A stretch of 64,000 nucleotides of DNA from an uncultured Candidatus Saccharibacteria bacterium (GCA_964505635.1 CAZDIP010000003.1:79313-143312), one strand, 5' to 3'. Positions 9,314 through 19,211 are shown, counted from the first letter of the stretch. A program made the numbers and translations. Notes: generated by a model from the sequence alone, not told the origin.

Positions 9314-9619
9314 TTATTCTACTAACGCTAATATATCGCTGTCGTCTTTTTCTTTGCCGACATACAAAATTTTGTATTCAACTTTTTTCCCGTTTTCTTC
9401 CATTTCAATTTCATCGCCCGCATATTTGCCAAACACCACTGTATCTCCCACCTTAAGTCCTAAGTTGGATATTTCGGAACCATTGCCCAAAGCTACAATT
9501 TTACCTTGCGCTTTCTTTTCTTTATCCGCGGTTTCCGGCAAAACAATTCCTGACTTGGTTACTTCCTCTGTGGAAGACTGCTTTACCAACACTCTGTTGC
9601 CTAAAGGTTTTACTTGCAT
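9314..9619 (-). CDS. groS: co-chaperonin GroES
   Basis: 101 aa. MQVKPLGNRVLVK...GIVLPETA...GDTVVFGKYAG. Confidence 0.95.
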   Translation of the reverse strand: MQVKPLGNRVLVKQSSTEEVTKSGIVLPETADKEKKAQGKIVALGNGSEISNLGLKVGDTVVFGKYAGDEIEMEENGKKVEYKILYVGKEKDDSDILALVE

Positions 9620-9719
9620 ATTTTAGAGTCCTAATTGACCCGAATTTCGCTGCGGCGAAAGTAAAAATATAATAAATTTCGGGTCGGTTAATTATCTTGT
9701 AACTTTATTATAATTAAAA

Positions 9720-9746
9720 TTATCACTCTGTCAAGTAGAGTGATAA
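9720..9746. promoter_or_regulatory. CIRCE-like HrcA operator upstream of groES
   Basis: TTATCACTC-N9-GAGTGATAA. A perfect 9-bp inverted repeat with a 9-nt spacer. Canonical CIRCE is TTAGCACTC-N9-GAGTGCTAA. Confidence 0.8.
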
Positions 9747-9786
9747 TTTACTTAATCTATTTTATTTTAACACCAAAAATAGCGTT

Positions 9787-10701
9787 TTACAAGGCCTCTA
9801 AAGACTTAAAAAATCCCGCTCTGATTTTTGACCTGGGGTCTAAGGCGTGCAATTTTAACATGTACTTATTGGCAATCGTGGTAGCTGTGGCCCAGTGGTT
9901 TTCAGGCAGGTTAAATGTATGGGTAATGTGAATTTTTCTTAAAACAGGCTCCAATAACAAAGCCGGCAAAAAAAATACAACCTCCAGCAAGGGTTTTAAA
10001 TATAAACTCATTGGCTGGTGTACAAGGCCGTAAAAGTGTGGGGTTGGAGTAAAGTTGGGCAAATATTCAAACACCCAGGGGTTGGAGCAAACCAATTTTA
10101 CATAATTTTTTTTCCCAAACAAGGGCTGCATGCTGGCAAGCCAAAAAGCAGTATACGGATCTTCCGGTTTAATTAAAATCTTTTGTAAATCCAAATCCGA
10201 GGCGCTGACATAAAAACCAAAACAAAAACGTTCTTTTATTTTATTTTTAGTTTTGTACGCGCCTAAAAGCCTAAAAATCAAAAATATTATTGTTCGGGCA
10301 AAATAGACAAAATTAGGAGCGGTTATAACAAACAAATCTATATCCGACTCTTCCTTTACATTGCCCATGGCCATACTGTTAATTAAAGACATTTCCCTGA
10401 CAAAAGGCACTAAAGCCAGCAGCCATAAAAATTTTTTTACTTTTTTAATCCGTTTTTCATATTCCCTGCTTCTCTGCTCGGGCAAACCGTCAGCCCATGG
10501 CGTTAAGGCATACATTTCATTTTTAGAAAAAATCTTATTTTGCGAAGCCAAAAAAATGAGAGCATCTTTGACCTGGCTTAAGCCGGCGCTTTGCTTGTAC
10601 AAATACAAAAAAACCTGCTCAGCTGTTAGGGGCACCGAAAACAGGTTAAAAAAACTTAAGGTAGATAAAACAGCTTTGTTAATATCGGTTTCCGGGGGCA
10701 T
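9787..10701 (-). CDS. nucleotidyltransferase-fold (pol-beta superfamily) domain protein
   Basis: 304 aa. The internal motif GNVKEESDIDLFVI matches the GS-x9-DxD minimal nucleotidyltransferase pattern. Confidence 0.45.
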   Translation of the reverse strand: MPPETDINKAVLSTLSFFNLFSVPLTAEQVFLYLYKQSAGLSQVKDALIFLASQNKIFSKNEMYALTPWADGLPEQRSREYEKRIKKVKKFLWLLALVPFVREMSLINSMAMGNVKEESDIDLFVITAPNFVYFARTIIFLIFRLLGAYKTKNKIKERFCFGFYVSASDLDLQKILIKPEDPYTAFWLASMQPLFGKKNYVKLVCSNPWVFEYLPNFTPTPHFYGLVHQPMSLYLKPLLEVVFFLPALLLEPVLRKIHITHTFNLPENHWATATTIANKYMLKLHALDPRSKIRAGFFKSLEAL

Positions 10702-10716
10702 ATAAAATGCTTACTA

Positions 10717-11061
10717 TTAAAGTCCCAGCTTGTCCAAACTAACCTCCTCCCATTCAAAATCCACTTCCTTAAATACCCGTAAGCGGTGGGAAAATTCAGT
10801 TTCAGAATGCTTGTATTGCACCTGGGCGGATTGCCCAGCCCTGTGGGAATATAGCTCTTTTTTTTCTAAGACTACAGGCCGATTTTCCCGCACAAGTTTA
10901 TATTTATCTCCGTTTAAATGGCTAAACTCTAAAACATCCTGCGTGCCCTGCTTAATGGGTCCATCTTGAGTTTGCATTATCAAATCTTCCTGCGAAAGCA
11001 AGCTTTCGCGAAAATTTTTCTTGACCATCTCAACAATTTCCTGCCATTTGTCGTCAGTCAT
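10717..11061 (-). CDS. hypothetical protein
   Basis: 114-aa ORF in an operon with its neighbours. No recognisable family. Confidence 0.5.
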   Translation of the reverse strand: MTDDKWQEIVEMVKKNFRESLLSQEDLIMQTQDGPIKQGTQDVLEFSHLNGDKYKLVRENRPVVLEKKELYSHRAGQSAQVQYKHSETEFSHRLRVFKEVDFEWEEVSLDKLGL

Positions 11062-11134
11062 AGATTATTCAATATTTATCCTCACCAAAAATGGAGAGGA
11101 TGCCACCCGAAGGATAGCGCAAGAACTTGATAAA

Positions 11135-11374
11135 TTACTGATATAATCCCCCAGACCCATAGACATTTCCCAAGCTACTTAAAACCATGGGGATTATGGC
11201 TAAAGCGGCTAAAAGCGGCAAAACCACCAAAGCTATAGTTATATACAGCTGCCACTTCATATAATTTTTAGTCTTGCGGCTGTTTTCTAAAACTTCCAAT
11301 AAAATCTGTTCTTGAGATAAATTTTCATTTTGTTTGCCCCCCGTATTTTCAGCGGGGGTAATGCTATTTTCCAT
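11135..11374 (-). CDS. small membrane protein
   Basis: 79 aa with a C-terminal TM (ITIALVVLPLLAALAIIPMVL). Confidence 0.45.
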   Translation of the reverse strand: MENSITPAENTGGKQNENLSQEQILLEVLENSRKTKNYMKWQLYITIALVVLPLLAALAIIPMVLSSLGNVYGSGGLYQ

Positions 11375-11410
11375 ATATTTTGCTTAATACATTATACTTA
11401 ATACCTAATG

Positions 11411-12337
11411 CTATCTCTGGCACCTGGGGCAATAACTTGCCGTCCTGCCCCCTACTTTCATACTTTCTATTATACTACCACATTTCTTACACTCCTGCCC
11501 TTTGCGTCCGTAAACAAAATGGTATTTGCCCATCTTGCCCCAACTGCCGTCTGTCCTGACAAAATCGCCCACGCTTGAGCCTTTGGCCTGTATGCCTTTT
11601 AGCAAAACTTTTTTGATGTTTTTATGTATTTTCCTTAATACATTATACTCTATACTTGATACTTTCCTTTCCGGCCTTACTCCGGAAAGAAATAATATCT
11701 CATCGCTGTAAATGTTGCCAATCCCAGCTACAACTTTAGAGTCCATTAAAACTTCTTTAATTTTCCCTTTTGATCTTTTTTTCAAAGCCGATAAAAAATT
11801 AGCGAGTGTAAAGTTTTTATTTAGCGGCTCCGGACCAAACTCGTTTAACTCCCTAACCTGATTAATATCGTCATCGTGCACCAATTTTAAATACCCAAAC
11901 TTTCTAACATCGTTAAAATATAAAGTTGAGCCATCGGCAAATTTAAACACTGCGTGGGTATGCTTGTCCGGCAATTTTTTTAAAGGGGCTGACAATTTAT
12001 TGAGCAAACGGTATTTCCCTTTAGTTTTCTCTCGCAAAGCTTTGTCCTCAAAAATAAACTGTCCGGTCATTTTTAAATGCGCGAGCATACTCCATGGTCC
12101 TGACAAATCAAAAATCAACAACTTAGCCCTACGTTTAACCGACAAAAACTTTTGTCCCTGCAGCAACTTGATGAACTTTATAACTTGATAACTTTTAACT
12201 TGTCGCCTATTGGCCATAGTATCTGGACCAATAGCAACCATTTTAGGCGTAAAAATTTTTACCGACTTAATTGTTCGGCCTTTTAATTTTTTATTTAATT
12301 CCCTAACCACTGTTTCTACTTCAGGCAACTCAGGCAT
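11411..12337 (-). CDS. mutM: formamidopyrimidine-DNA glycosylase
   Basis: MPELPEVETV N-terminus and a C-terminal zinc finger CKKCG...CPRCQ. Confidence 0.9.
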   Translation of the reverse strand: MPELPEVETVVRELNKKLKGRTIKSVKIFTPKMVAIGPDTMANRRQVKSYQVIKFIKLLQGQKFLSVKRRAKLLIFDLSGPWSMLAHLKMTGQFIFEDKALREKTKGKYRLLNKLSAPLKKLPDKHTHAVFKFADGSTLYFNDVRKFGYLKLVHDDDINQVRELNEFGPEPLNKNFTLANFLSALKKRSKGKIKEVLMDSKVVAGIGNIYSDEILFLSGVRPERKVSSIEYNVLRKIHKNIKKVLLKGIQAKGSSVGDFVRTDGSWGKMGKYHFVYGRKGQECKKCGSIIESMKVGGRTASYCPRCQR

Positions 12338-12402
12338 ACAAAAAAATAATTTGATGATTTTATGCTACAATAATAACATCTTTAACTGCCAGAATAAAGC
12401 AA

Positions 12403-13905
12403 ATGGTGAAAGATTTTTTACACTCTATTCCGCATAATTTCAAAGAAAAAGACCGAGCGCTTCTAATCAAGTCTTTTGAATTTGCAAAAAAATCACATGC
12501 GGGACAAAAAAGAAAAAGCGGTGAAGAATATTTTCACCATCCCGTGGAAGCAACTATTATACTCGGGCAAATTTTTCCTGACCCGGCTACCTTAGCCGCC
12601 ACGCTTTTGCACGATGTACCGGAAGACTGCGGTGTGCCAATCTTAGAAATTGAAAAATTATTTGGCAAGGAAATAGCCGCTTTGGTAGACGGGGTAACCA
12701 AACTGGGTCATGTTCGCTTGCGCAACAGCAAGGACCAATTTTACGTGGAAAATTTGCGCAAAATGTTCATTGCCACCAGTCAGGATGTTAGGGTTATTTT
12801 AATCAAGCTGGCTGACCGCTTGCATAACATGAGAACCATAGAATACATCCCCAAGGAAAAACAAAAAAAAGTGGCGACTGAGACTTTGGAAATTTATGCT
12901 CCCATAGCCGGCCGCCTTGGGATTGGCAGCTGGAAAGACGAATTGGAAGACTTGTCTTTTAACATTGTCTATCCTAAAGAATACTCCGAAACCCAAAACC
13001 TGCTAACAGCTGAAATAGAAAAACGGCAGGAAAATATTAAAGAAATGCAAAAAAACCTGGCGCACATACTTAGAAATGAGGGCGCGAAATTTTTAGAAGT
13101 GTCGGGCCGGGAAAAGCGGCTTTATTCCCTTTATAAAAAACTCCAGCGCTACGACAGCGATATTAGAAAAATTTACGACCTGATAGCGCTGCGCATTATT
13201 ACCAAATCCACTACCGACTGTTACAACATACTCGGGATTATCCATAACCACTTCCAACCAATTCCCGGCAGGGTCAAAGACTATATTGCCACACCCAAAC
13301 CCAACGGCTACCAATCTTTGCATACTACGGTTTTTGACAAAACCGGCGGGGTGTTTGAAATCCAAATCCGCACCGACTTAATGCACGAAGAAGCGGAAAG
13401 AGGCGTGGCAGCGCACTGGTTTTATACCGAAGAAGGCAAAGAAGACAGTTTGGCCAAAGTCCAAACCAAGTGGATACGAGAACTTAGGGCCTGGCAGGAC
13501 GAAACCACCAATGCTGACGAATTTTTAGAAAGCCTAAAAATTGACTTTTTCCAGGACAGAATTTTCGTTTTAACCCCCAAAGGGGACGTAAAAGACTTGC
13601 CGGCCGGAGCCAGCGTAATAGACTTTGCCTTTGCCGTGCACACTGACTTAGGCCACCATATGATGGGCGCTAAAATCAACAACAAAATGGCCAGTATTTA
13701 TGACGAGCTCAGCCAGGGCGATGTGGTGGAAATTATAAAAAGCAAAAAACCCAGCGTTATTTCCCGCGACTGGCTTAAGGCTGCCAAAACTTCCAACGCC
13801 AAAAGCCGCATCCGCCACTACCTAAACGAACACAATAAAGGCATAATGCAAAGAATCAAGGAGCTAAAAGACATTTCCCTGCCCAAATTTTTTAGAAAGC
13901 AATAA
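12403..13905 (+). CDS. rel: RelA/SpoT-family (p)ppGpp synthetase/hydrolase (short form with HD, synthetase and TGS domains)
   Basis: HD motif HDVPED..., synthetase region YQSLHTTV, TGS region VLTPKGDV. Confidence 0.9.
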   Translation: MVKDFLHSIPHNFKEKDRALLIKSFEFAKKSHAGQKRKSGEEYFHHPVEATIILGQIFPDPATLAATLLHDVPEDCGVPILEIEKLFGKEIAALVDGVTKLGHVRLRNSKDQFYVENLRKMFIATSQDVRVILIKLADRLHNMRTIEYIPKEKQKKVATETLEIYAPIAGRLGIGSWKDELEDLSFNIVYPKEYSETQNLLTAEIEKRQENIKEMQKNLAHILRNEGAKFLEVSGREKRLYSLYKKLQRYDSDIRKIYDLIALRIITKSTTDCYNILGIIHNHFQPIPGRVKDYIATPKPNGYQSLHTTVFDKTGGVFEIQIRTDLMHEEAERGVAAHWFYTEEGKEDSLAKVQTKWIRELRAWQDETTNADEFLESLKIDFFQDRIFVLTPKGDVKDLPAGASVIDFAFAVHTDLGHHMMGAKINNKMASIYDELSQGDVVEIIKSKKPSVISRDWLKAAKTSNAKSRIRHYLNEHNKGIMQRIKELKDISLPKFFRKQ

Positions 13906-13932
13906 AAAAATCCTCATCGCGAGGATTTTTTT
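13904..13932. terminator. bidirectional terminator between rel and ndk
   Basis: AAAAAAATCCTCATCGCGAGGATTTTTTT. Confidence 0.7.
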
Positions 13933-13933
13933 A

Positions 13934-14524
13934 TTAAAACATCACGTCTTCTTCCGCCCGTTTATAGCTATGAATTTCGCCTTCCTTAAACCACAAATTT
14001 ATTTCGTTCTTAGCTTCCTCGGGCGTTTCGCTGGCATGCATAATATTGCGGATAGCCCTGCCTTCCACGTTGGCTATAGCCGGACTGTCAACGGAAAAAT
14101 CCCCGCGCAAAGTGCCCATTTCAGCTTTAAACGGCAAAGTGTGGCCGGCCAGCTTCCTAACCATGTCTATGGCGTGAATGCCTTCTATAACCATAGCCAC
14201 AATAGGCCCCGAAGTCATGTATGCAAAAAGGCTTTCTTTAACTTTCTTGCCAATTTCCATTCTGTCCGCAGTGCCTAAATGTTCTTTGGGGTCTAATTTA
14301 TAATCCGCAAAAGTAGCCAAACCTTTGTCACCCAAACGCCCAATCCATTCTTCACTTTTAGGAAAGTGTTCCTCCAAGTGTTCCCTGCCCACTAAAACCA
14401 TTTTTAAAGCAATAACTTTTAGCCCGCGCCTTTCAATCCTGCCCACAATTTCACCAATTAATCCGCGCTTAACGCCGTCGGGTTTTACTAAAACCAAAGT
14501 TTTCTCCTGTTTTAAATGCTGCAT
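13934..14524 (-). CDS. ndk: nucleoside diphosphate kinase with an internal insertion of about 55 aa
   Basis: TLVLVKPDGVKRGLIGEI and NIMHASETPEEAKNEINLWF. It is 196 aa versus about 140 aa in typical Ndk. Confidence 0.9.
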   Translation of the reverse strand: MQHLKQEKTLVLVKPDGVKRGLIGEIVGRIERRGLKVIALKMVLVGREHLEEHFPKSEEWIGRLGDKGLATFADYKLDPKEHLGTADRMEIGKKVKESLFAYMTSGPIVAMVIEGIHAIDMVRKLAGHTLPFKAEMGTLRGDFSVDSPAIANVEGRAIRNIMHASETPEEAKNEINLWFKEGEIHSYKRAEEDVMF

Positions 14525-14540
14525 ATATTTATATATTTAA

Positions 14541-15299
14541 TTATTTAACGATTTTTACCGTTTCCATTACCACCGGTGTTTTGGGTTTGCCATCCTCGGG
14601 CCCCATTTGCGGAATTATTTCCACTTGCCCGATTTTATCCACTATATCCAAGCCCGAAACGACTTTGCCAAAAATAGTGTAGGCCGGCGGCAGCTGGACG
14701 TCTCCAAGCATAATAAAAAACTGGCTGGTGTTGGTGTTAGGTCCCCGGTTAGCCATGGCTAAAATTCCGTGTTTGTAGCCGGCCTTATAAAGCGCGGAGT
14801 CAGCTTTTATTTCGTCCGCAAATTCGCCGCCAAACGCGCTGTCTCCCCCGCTGCCTGTCCCGGACGGGTCGCCGCCCTGGATTACAAAACCTTTCGCCAC
14901 GCGGTGAATGGTTATACAGTCATAATAACCGCTGTCAACCAGCCTTAAAAAATTCTCCACGGTTTTTGGGGCGTCCTGGTCAAAAAAATTCAGGGTAATT
15001 TTTCCAAAATCCTTTACACTAATTTCCACTGTCCGATTTTTTATATTCACGTTATTAGCTTTTAGTTTATTTGCGTCAAAATTACGGCTGCACTGGTTTT
15101 GCGCAACAGATTCTTCCTGGGTCTGGGTGGAAGTCGGGGTCGGCTGTTGCTCTTCAGGCTGCTGAGTGTTATTTTTTACCTCCTGGTTTTCAGCGTATTT
15201 GTCAGGCTCCTGATTTTGCGTGCGGTTATAAACAAAAATGCCTGCAAAAAACAAAATTAATATACCTAAGACAGACAAAATTAAAGTTTTATTTGACAT
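14541..15299 (-). CDS. membrane-anchored cyclophilin-type peptidyl-prolyl isomerase
   Basis: N-terminal TM plus HRVAKGFVIQGGDP...ILAMANRGPNTNTSQFFI. Confidence 0.9.
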   Translation of the reverse strand: MSNKTLILSVLGILILFFAGIFVYNRTQNQEPDKYAENQEVKNNTQQPEEQQPTPTSTQTQEESVAQNQCSRNFDANKLKANNVNIKNRTVEISVKDFGKITLNFFDQDAPKTVENFLRLVDSGYYDCITIHRVAKGFVIQGGDPSGTGSGGDSAFGGEFADEIKADSALYKAGYKHGILAMANRGPNTNTSQFFIMLGDVQLPPAYTIFGKVVSGLDIVDKIGQVEIIPQMGPEDGKPKTPVVMETVKIVK

Positions 15300-15352
15300 A
15301 TTTTTTTATGCGAGTTAAAAATGATTTTTAATATTTTAACTAAATTACTTTA

Positions 15353-16795
15353 TCACAAAGCAGCCTTTTCATCAACCGTGAGTTTTTTGGGTTTTAAAAA
15401 ATAATATAGCAAAAAAACCGCTGAAACCGAGACCCAAAAACTCACAGCGCCCAAATGCAGTTCCAAGCTGGCATATTTAAAGCTTGATAAAATTTTCACC
15501 GCCCACAAGACATAAGCCAGCAAATGTCCCGAAAGATAAGCAAACCCGGTTCCCAAAAAAGGCAACACGCTTAAAAATCCAAACAGCATAATAAACGGCA
15601 ATATGGGCAGTATGAGCAAATTGGCTAAAGGAGCAACTAAACTTAAGCGCCCAAAATAAAGCAAAGTTAAAGGCAAAGTAGCGACTATGGCCGACAAGGT
15701 TGTAATCAGCAGCTGTTTGGCGCCAAAAAAATCCGCCAGCCCGGCTAACCGCTCTATGCCGGGCGGCACAAAAAAAATTATCCCCAAAGTCGCGGCAAAG
15801 GAAAGCTGGAAACCCACGTCCCAAAACAAAATTTTTGGATTCGCAGACAGCATAATAAGAGCAGAAAAAAATAAAGCTGGCACAACGCTGTACTGCCTGC
15901 CTGTGTTAAAAGCCCCCAGCAGTAAAAAGCCCATTAACCCCGCCCTTATTACGGAAGCGGAAGCCCCGGCAATTACCACAAAAGCGCAAATAAAAATTAA
16001 AGTAACAAAAAAACTGGCGCGCCTGCCTAAAATTCTAGCTGTTATCATTAATGCGGCAATAATTATTGTGATATTAAAACCCGAAACCGCCACAATATGG
16101 GACAAGCCGGTTGTATTGAATGAATCCAGGATGTTTGGGGGTAAAGTTTTTTTCGCTCCTACCAATATACCCAAAAGCAAACCGCCCTGGGGTTCCGTAA
16201 ACAGTCGGTTAATTTTTTTCGCAAAAGAGGTTTTAATTTTCAACAAAAAAAATTTGATTTCATTTGCCTGCCCGCTTTTTAAAATCAAAATTTTCGGGTA
16301 CCTGGACAAGGCGTAGATGTTATACCTTTCCAAATATTTCGGGTAGTCAAAATCGTCAAAGGCTTTGGCCTCAACCATTTTCCCGCTTACAACCAAACGA
16401 TCGCCGTAAAAAAAGCTCTGGGCTTTGGTGGTTGTAAGCAAGATATTCTGGCTAAAACCGTCCGGCAAAAAGGTAATTAACTGGTGGTTTTGCCTTATGT
16501 CCGGTTCTTCTACTACCAAACCTTCGTAAGTTTGCTGCTGATTTAAAACTTCTAAAAATTGACTGGGAACTTCGGCCATTTGCAGACGCAGCGCCCCCAA
16601 ACCCAACACAAACAAAAACAACGCCGCTTGGGCGCCGAAATATTTGCCTTTTAAAAAGGCAGTCATGAACAGCAAAATAAATAAAAGCAAGTAAAAGTAT
16701 ACCGCTACCCTGGAAAAGTCATAGGCTGAAGCAAGCAATATGCCCAAGGCAAAAAAGACGGAAATTACTATTAATGCCTGGCTCTTTGAAAGCAT
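15353..16795 (-). CDS. comEC: ComEC/Rec2 DNA-uptake channel (competence domain only; no metallo-beta-lactamase domain)
   Basis: Polytopic. LSHIVAVSGFNITII...VIRAGLMGF is the ComEC competence domain. Confidence 0.8.
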   Translation of the reverse strand: MLSKSQALIVISVFFALGILLASAYDFSRVAVYFYLLLFILLFMTAFLKGKYFGAQAALFLFVLGLGALRLQMAEVPSQFLEVLNQQQTYEGLVVEEPDIRQNHQLITFLPDGFSQNILLTTTKAQSFFYGDRLVVSGKMVEAKAFDDFDYPKYLERYNIYALSRYPKILILKSGQANEIKFFLLKIKTSFAKKINRLFTEPQGGLLLGILVGAKKTLPPNILDSFNTTGLSHIVAVSGFNITIIIAALMITARILGRRASFFVTLIFICAFVVIAGASASVIRAGLMGFLLLGAFNTGRQYSVVPALFFSALIMLSANPKILFWDVGFQLSFAATLGIIFFVPPGIERLAGLADFFGAKQLLITTLSAIVATLPLTLLYFGRLSLVAPLANLLILPILPFIMLFGFLSVLPFLGTGFAYLSGHLLAYVLWAVKILSSFKYASLELHLGAVSFWVSVSAVFLLYYFLKPKKLTVDEKAAL

Positions 16796-17013
16796 TAGAT
16801 TATTTTAAAAGTCTTAAGCTTGGACTTTAAACCTTTGATTAAAACTACCTGGGATTTGCTGACTTTAAAATATTCTGCCAGGGTTTCTACACAGGCCTTA
16901 TTAGCCTTGCCTTCTTGGGCCGGCTGGTTTACATAAACATGCAGCTGGCCGAACAAGTCTTTTTCAACCCTGGGTTTTTTGGAATTAGGATGCACAATTA
17001 CGGCAATGTTCAC
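16795..17013 (-). CDS. DUF167/YggU-family protein
   Basis: 72 aa. VNQPAQEGKANKACVETLAEYFKVSKSQVVLIKGLKSK. Confidence 0.7.
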   Translation of the reverse strand: MNIAVIVHPNSKKPRVEKDLFGQLHVYVNQPAQEGKANKACVETLAEYFKVSKSQVVLIKGLKSKLKTFKII

Positions 17014-17444
17014 AAAATATGTTGATATTTTTTTAAAAACTTAGGCAACTGAGAATGCAGCTGGTCTGTTGGGGGCAGAGAATTTAAATTAAACCATTTC
17101 ACTTCTTCAAATTTATGAGGTTCGCCGTTTTTAACCAGACTCGGCTCAACCAGCACTTTAAAGTCCAGGGTAATCCAATGGGTTTTTTCTCCTTTATATT
17201 CCCTAAAAACATCGCGAAAACCTAAAAATTCAGTTTCAACAACTTTGGTGCTGTATTCTTCCATAATTTCCTTGCGCAAAGTTTCTTCTACGCTGTCCAA
17301 AACCTCCAATCCGCCTCCGCCAATGTCCCACCTGCCGTGCTCATCCCGCGCGTTTTGCGAGCGCTTGGCCATAACAAAATTATTCTTGCCGTCATGGCAA
17401 AAATACACCACGCTTACCCCGACAAAATCTACGCCTTTTTGCAT
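17010..17444 (-). CDS. NUDIX hydrolase
   Basis: Nudix box GGGLEVLDSVEETLRKEIMEE. Confidence 0.85.
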   Translation of the reverse strand: MQKGVDFVGVSVVYFCHDGKNNFVMAKRSQNARDEHGRWDIGGGGLEVLDSVEETLRKEIMEEYSTKVVETEFLGFRDVFREYKGEKTHWITLDFKVLVEPSLVKNGEPHKFEEVKWFNLNSLPPTDQLHSQLPKFLKKYQHIL

Positions 17445-17461
17445 AATTTTAGTCTTGGAGT

Positions 17462-17998
17462 TTATTGAGAAGCTAAAATTTCATTGGTTCTCGACTTGGC
17501 TCGAACAATATTTATTACAATTGCGTACCCGCCAAATAAAGCTACCGAATAAAACATATCGCCCATAAGAGTTCCGCGTAAAAATGGCAAACCGTTTACA
17601 TAAGCCTGCGTAATTCCTGAAAAATTATGCGGGTAGTTGGAATACAAAAAGGCAAAATTGGTGACTAAGAAAAATACAGCGGAAGCAGCAAGTGAGGATC
17701 CGACTATTTTTGGCCATCGATGGGTATTTGAATGCTTAATCCAAACCCCAAAAAGTATTCCGGACAAATGCGAAGCATAAATTGCCAGCATCATCGGCCA
17801 GGACACAAAGCCAATAAATATGTCGCTTACAAGCCTTGCGGCCAAAGTTATACCCGCTGCTTTTTTCCATTCCATATTTGCGGCGGCAAAAATCGCCAAA
17901 GCCGTAATCGGCGCAAAGTTAGGGATATGAGGGATAAAACGGGAGATAACCGCTAAAATTATAACTAAATATATAATCATAAATTTTGCTTTATACAT
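17462..17998 (-). CDS. polytopic membrane protein, family unknown
   Basis: 178 aa with 5-6 predicted TM helices. Confidence 0.5.
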   Translation of the reverse strand: MYKAKFMIIYLVIILAVISRFIPHIPNFAPITALAIFAAANMEWKKAAGITLAARLVSDIFIGFVSWPMMLAIYASHLSGILFGVWIKHSNTHRWPKIVGSSLAASAVFFLVTNFAFLYSNYPHNFSGITQAYVNGLPFLRGTLMGDMFYSVALFGGYAIVINIVRAKSRTNEILASQ

Positions 17999-18006
17999 AA
18001 TACTTG

Positions 18007-18426
18007 TTACTTAATTGCCTCCAGTTTCCACTCTATAAAATCTTTATCTTTAGGCTTATAGATAGCCGCACCTTCAGTAGCCTGCTGATTATTTACATAA
18101 AAAGCCCAAAAATTTTTACCTGTTTCTTCTTTTTTCCCGTTTACGGCAGTTACGTATTCGCCTACGCCAGAAAAAGTTTTCGTTTCCACGGTATGCCCCA
18201 TTCTCAACAAATCGAGCGCGGTTTTGTTTTCATTAACATAAATATTAAACAAACTGTCCGCCATATCCCCTTCCACCATCTGGCGGATTTGAATTGTTTG
18301 TTGTTCTTCGGCTGACTGTTTGTTGCTTACCGCTGATTGCTGATTACATCCTGCCGCAATTAAACTCACGACCGATAGTATTAAAAATAACTTTGTAATT
18401 TTCAGTTGTAATTTGATATTTTGCAT
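18007..18426 (-). CDS. DUF4430-like lipoprotein (family often found beside B12 genes)
   Basis: Lipobox LIAAGC. The FWAFYVNN region is typical of DUF4430. Confidence 0.55.
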   Translation of the reverse strand: MQNIKLQLKITKLFLILSVVSLIAAGCNQQSAVSNKQSAEEQQTIQIRQMVEGDMADSLFNIYVNENKTALDLLRMGHTVETKTFSGVGEYVTAVNGKKEETGKNFWAFYVNNQQATEGAAIYKPKDKDFIEWKLEAIK

Positions 18427-18433
18427 TTTTGCC

Positions 18434-18463
18434 TTGCTACTTACTACCTACTACTTGCTACTG
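18434..18463. repeat. R3 direct repeat, copy 1
   Basis: gccttgcTACTTACTACCTACTACTTGCTACT. The 25-mer is identical to 19641-19665. Confidence 0.7.
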
Positions 18464-18468
18464 ACTAT

Positions 18469-19107
18469 CTAATAATCTATTCCTCTCTGCGCCAATATAC
18501 CTTTATAGTACGGGTGCTTAATCATAGACATTTCCGTTATTAAATCGCACCGTTCCATAATTTTAGGGTATTTATTGTGCCCAGTCAAAACCAAATGTTG
18601 AAGCGGCATTTTTATATCTATTAAATCCACAATATCACGCTCTTCTATTAATTTAGATTCCAAAGCCGATATTATTTCATCTAAAATAATTACTTGGTAC
18701 TTTCCGCTGGTTATTATTTCTTTGGCTCTGTTTAAACCATCCAGCGCCGCCTTTATATGCGCCTCTTTTTCTTTCTTGTCGCCCAATATGCCTACAAAAC
18801 CGGCGCCCAGCTGTTCATTATCTATACGTCCTATACGACTTATATGGCCTATATTGTTTAAAAACTCAATTTCACTGCTTACCGGCCACTCCCCGTCTTT
18901 AATATCCTCCGATGACTTCCCTTTAGCCTTAACAAATTGCAAAATGCAAACATTCATCCCAGCGCCTGCAGCTCTAATGGCCATACCCATAGCCGCCGTA
19001 GTCTTCCCCTTGCCCGCGCCTAAATAGCAAATCACCAAACCTTTAGGTTCGTCTGAAAATTTTGTGGGCATTTTCAGTTTTGATTTTTTAGATTTATTTT
19101 TGATCAT
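18469..19107 (-). CDS. cobA: cob(I)yrinic acid a,c-diamide / corrinoid adenosyltransferase (CobA/CobO/BtuR type)
   Basis: GAGKGKTTAAMGMAIRAAG...ILQFVK. Confidence 0.85.
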   Translation of the reverse strand: MIKNKSKKSKLKMPTKFSDEPKGLVICYLGAGKGKTTAAMGMAIRAAGAGMNVCILQFVKAKGKSSEDIKDGEWPVSSEIEFLNNIGHISRIGRIDNEQLGAGFVGILGDKKEKEAHIKAALDGLNRAKEIITSGKYQVIILDEIISALESKLIEERDIVDLIDIKMPLQHLVLTGHNKYPKIMERCDLITEMSMIKHPYYKGILAQRGIDY

Positions 19108-19116
19108 ACAATCTTA

Positions 19117-19199
19117 ACCATTCCGAACGAAGTGAGGAATCCCTTTGTAGTTTATTGAGGGACTCTTCCCCCTCGCAAAGCCTCGGGGTCTGAGTGGTT
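19117..19199 (-). repeat. R1 leader repeat, copy D. Starts 10 nt upstream of the cobA ATG.
   Basis: AACCATTCCGAACG...GGAATCCCTTT...GGGACTCTTCC...GGTCTGAGTGGTT. Confidence 0.6.
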
Positions 19200-19211
19200 A
19201 CAATTATTTGA

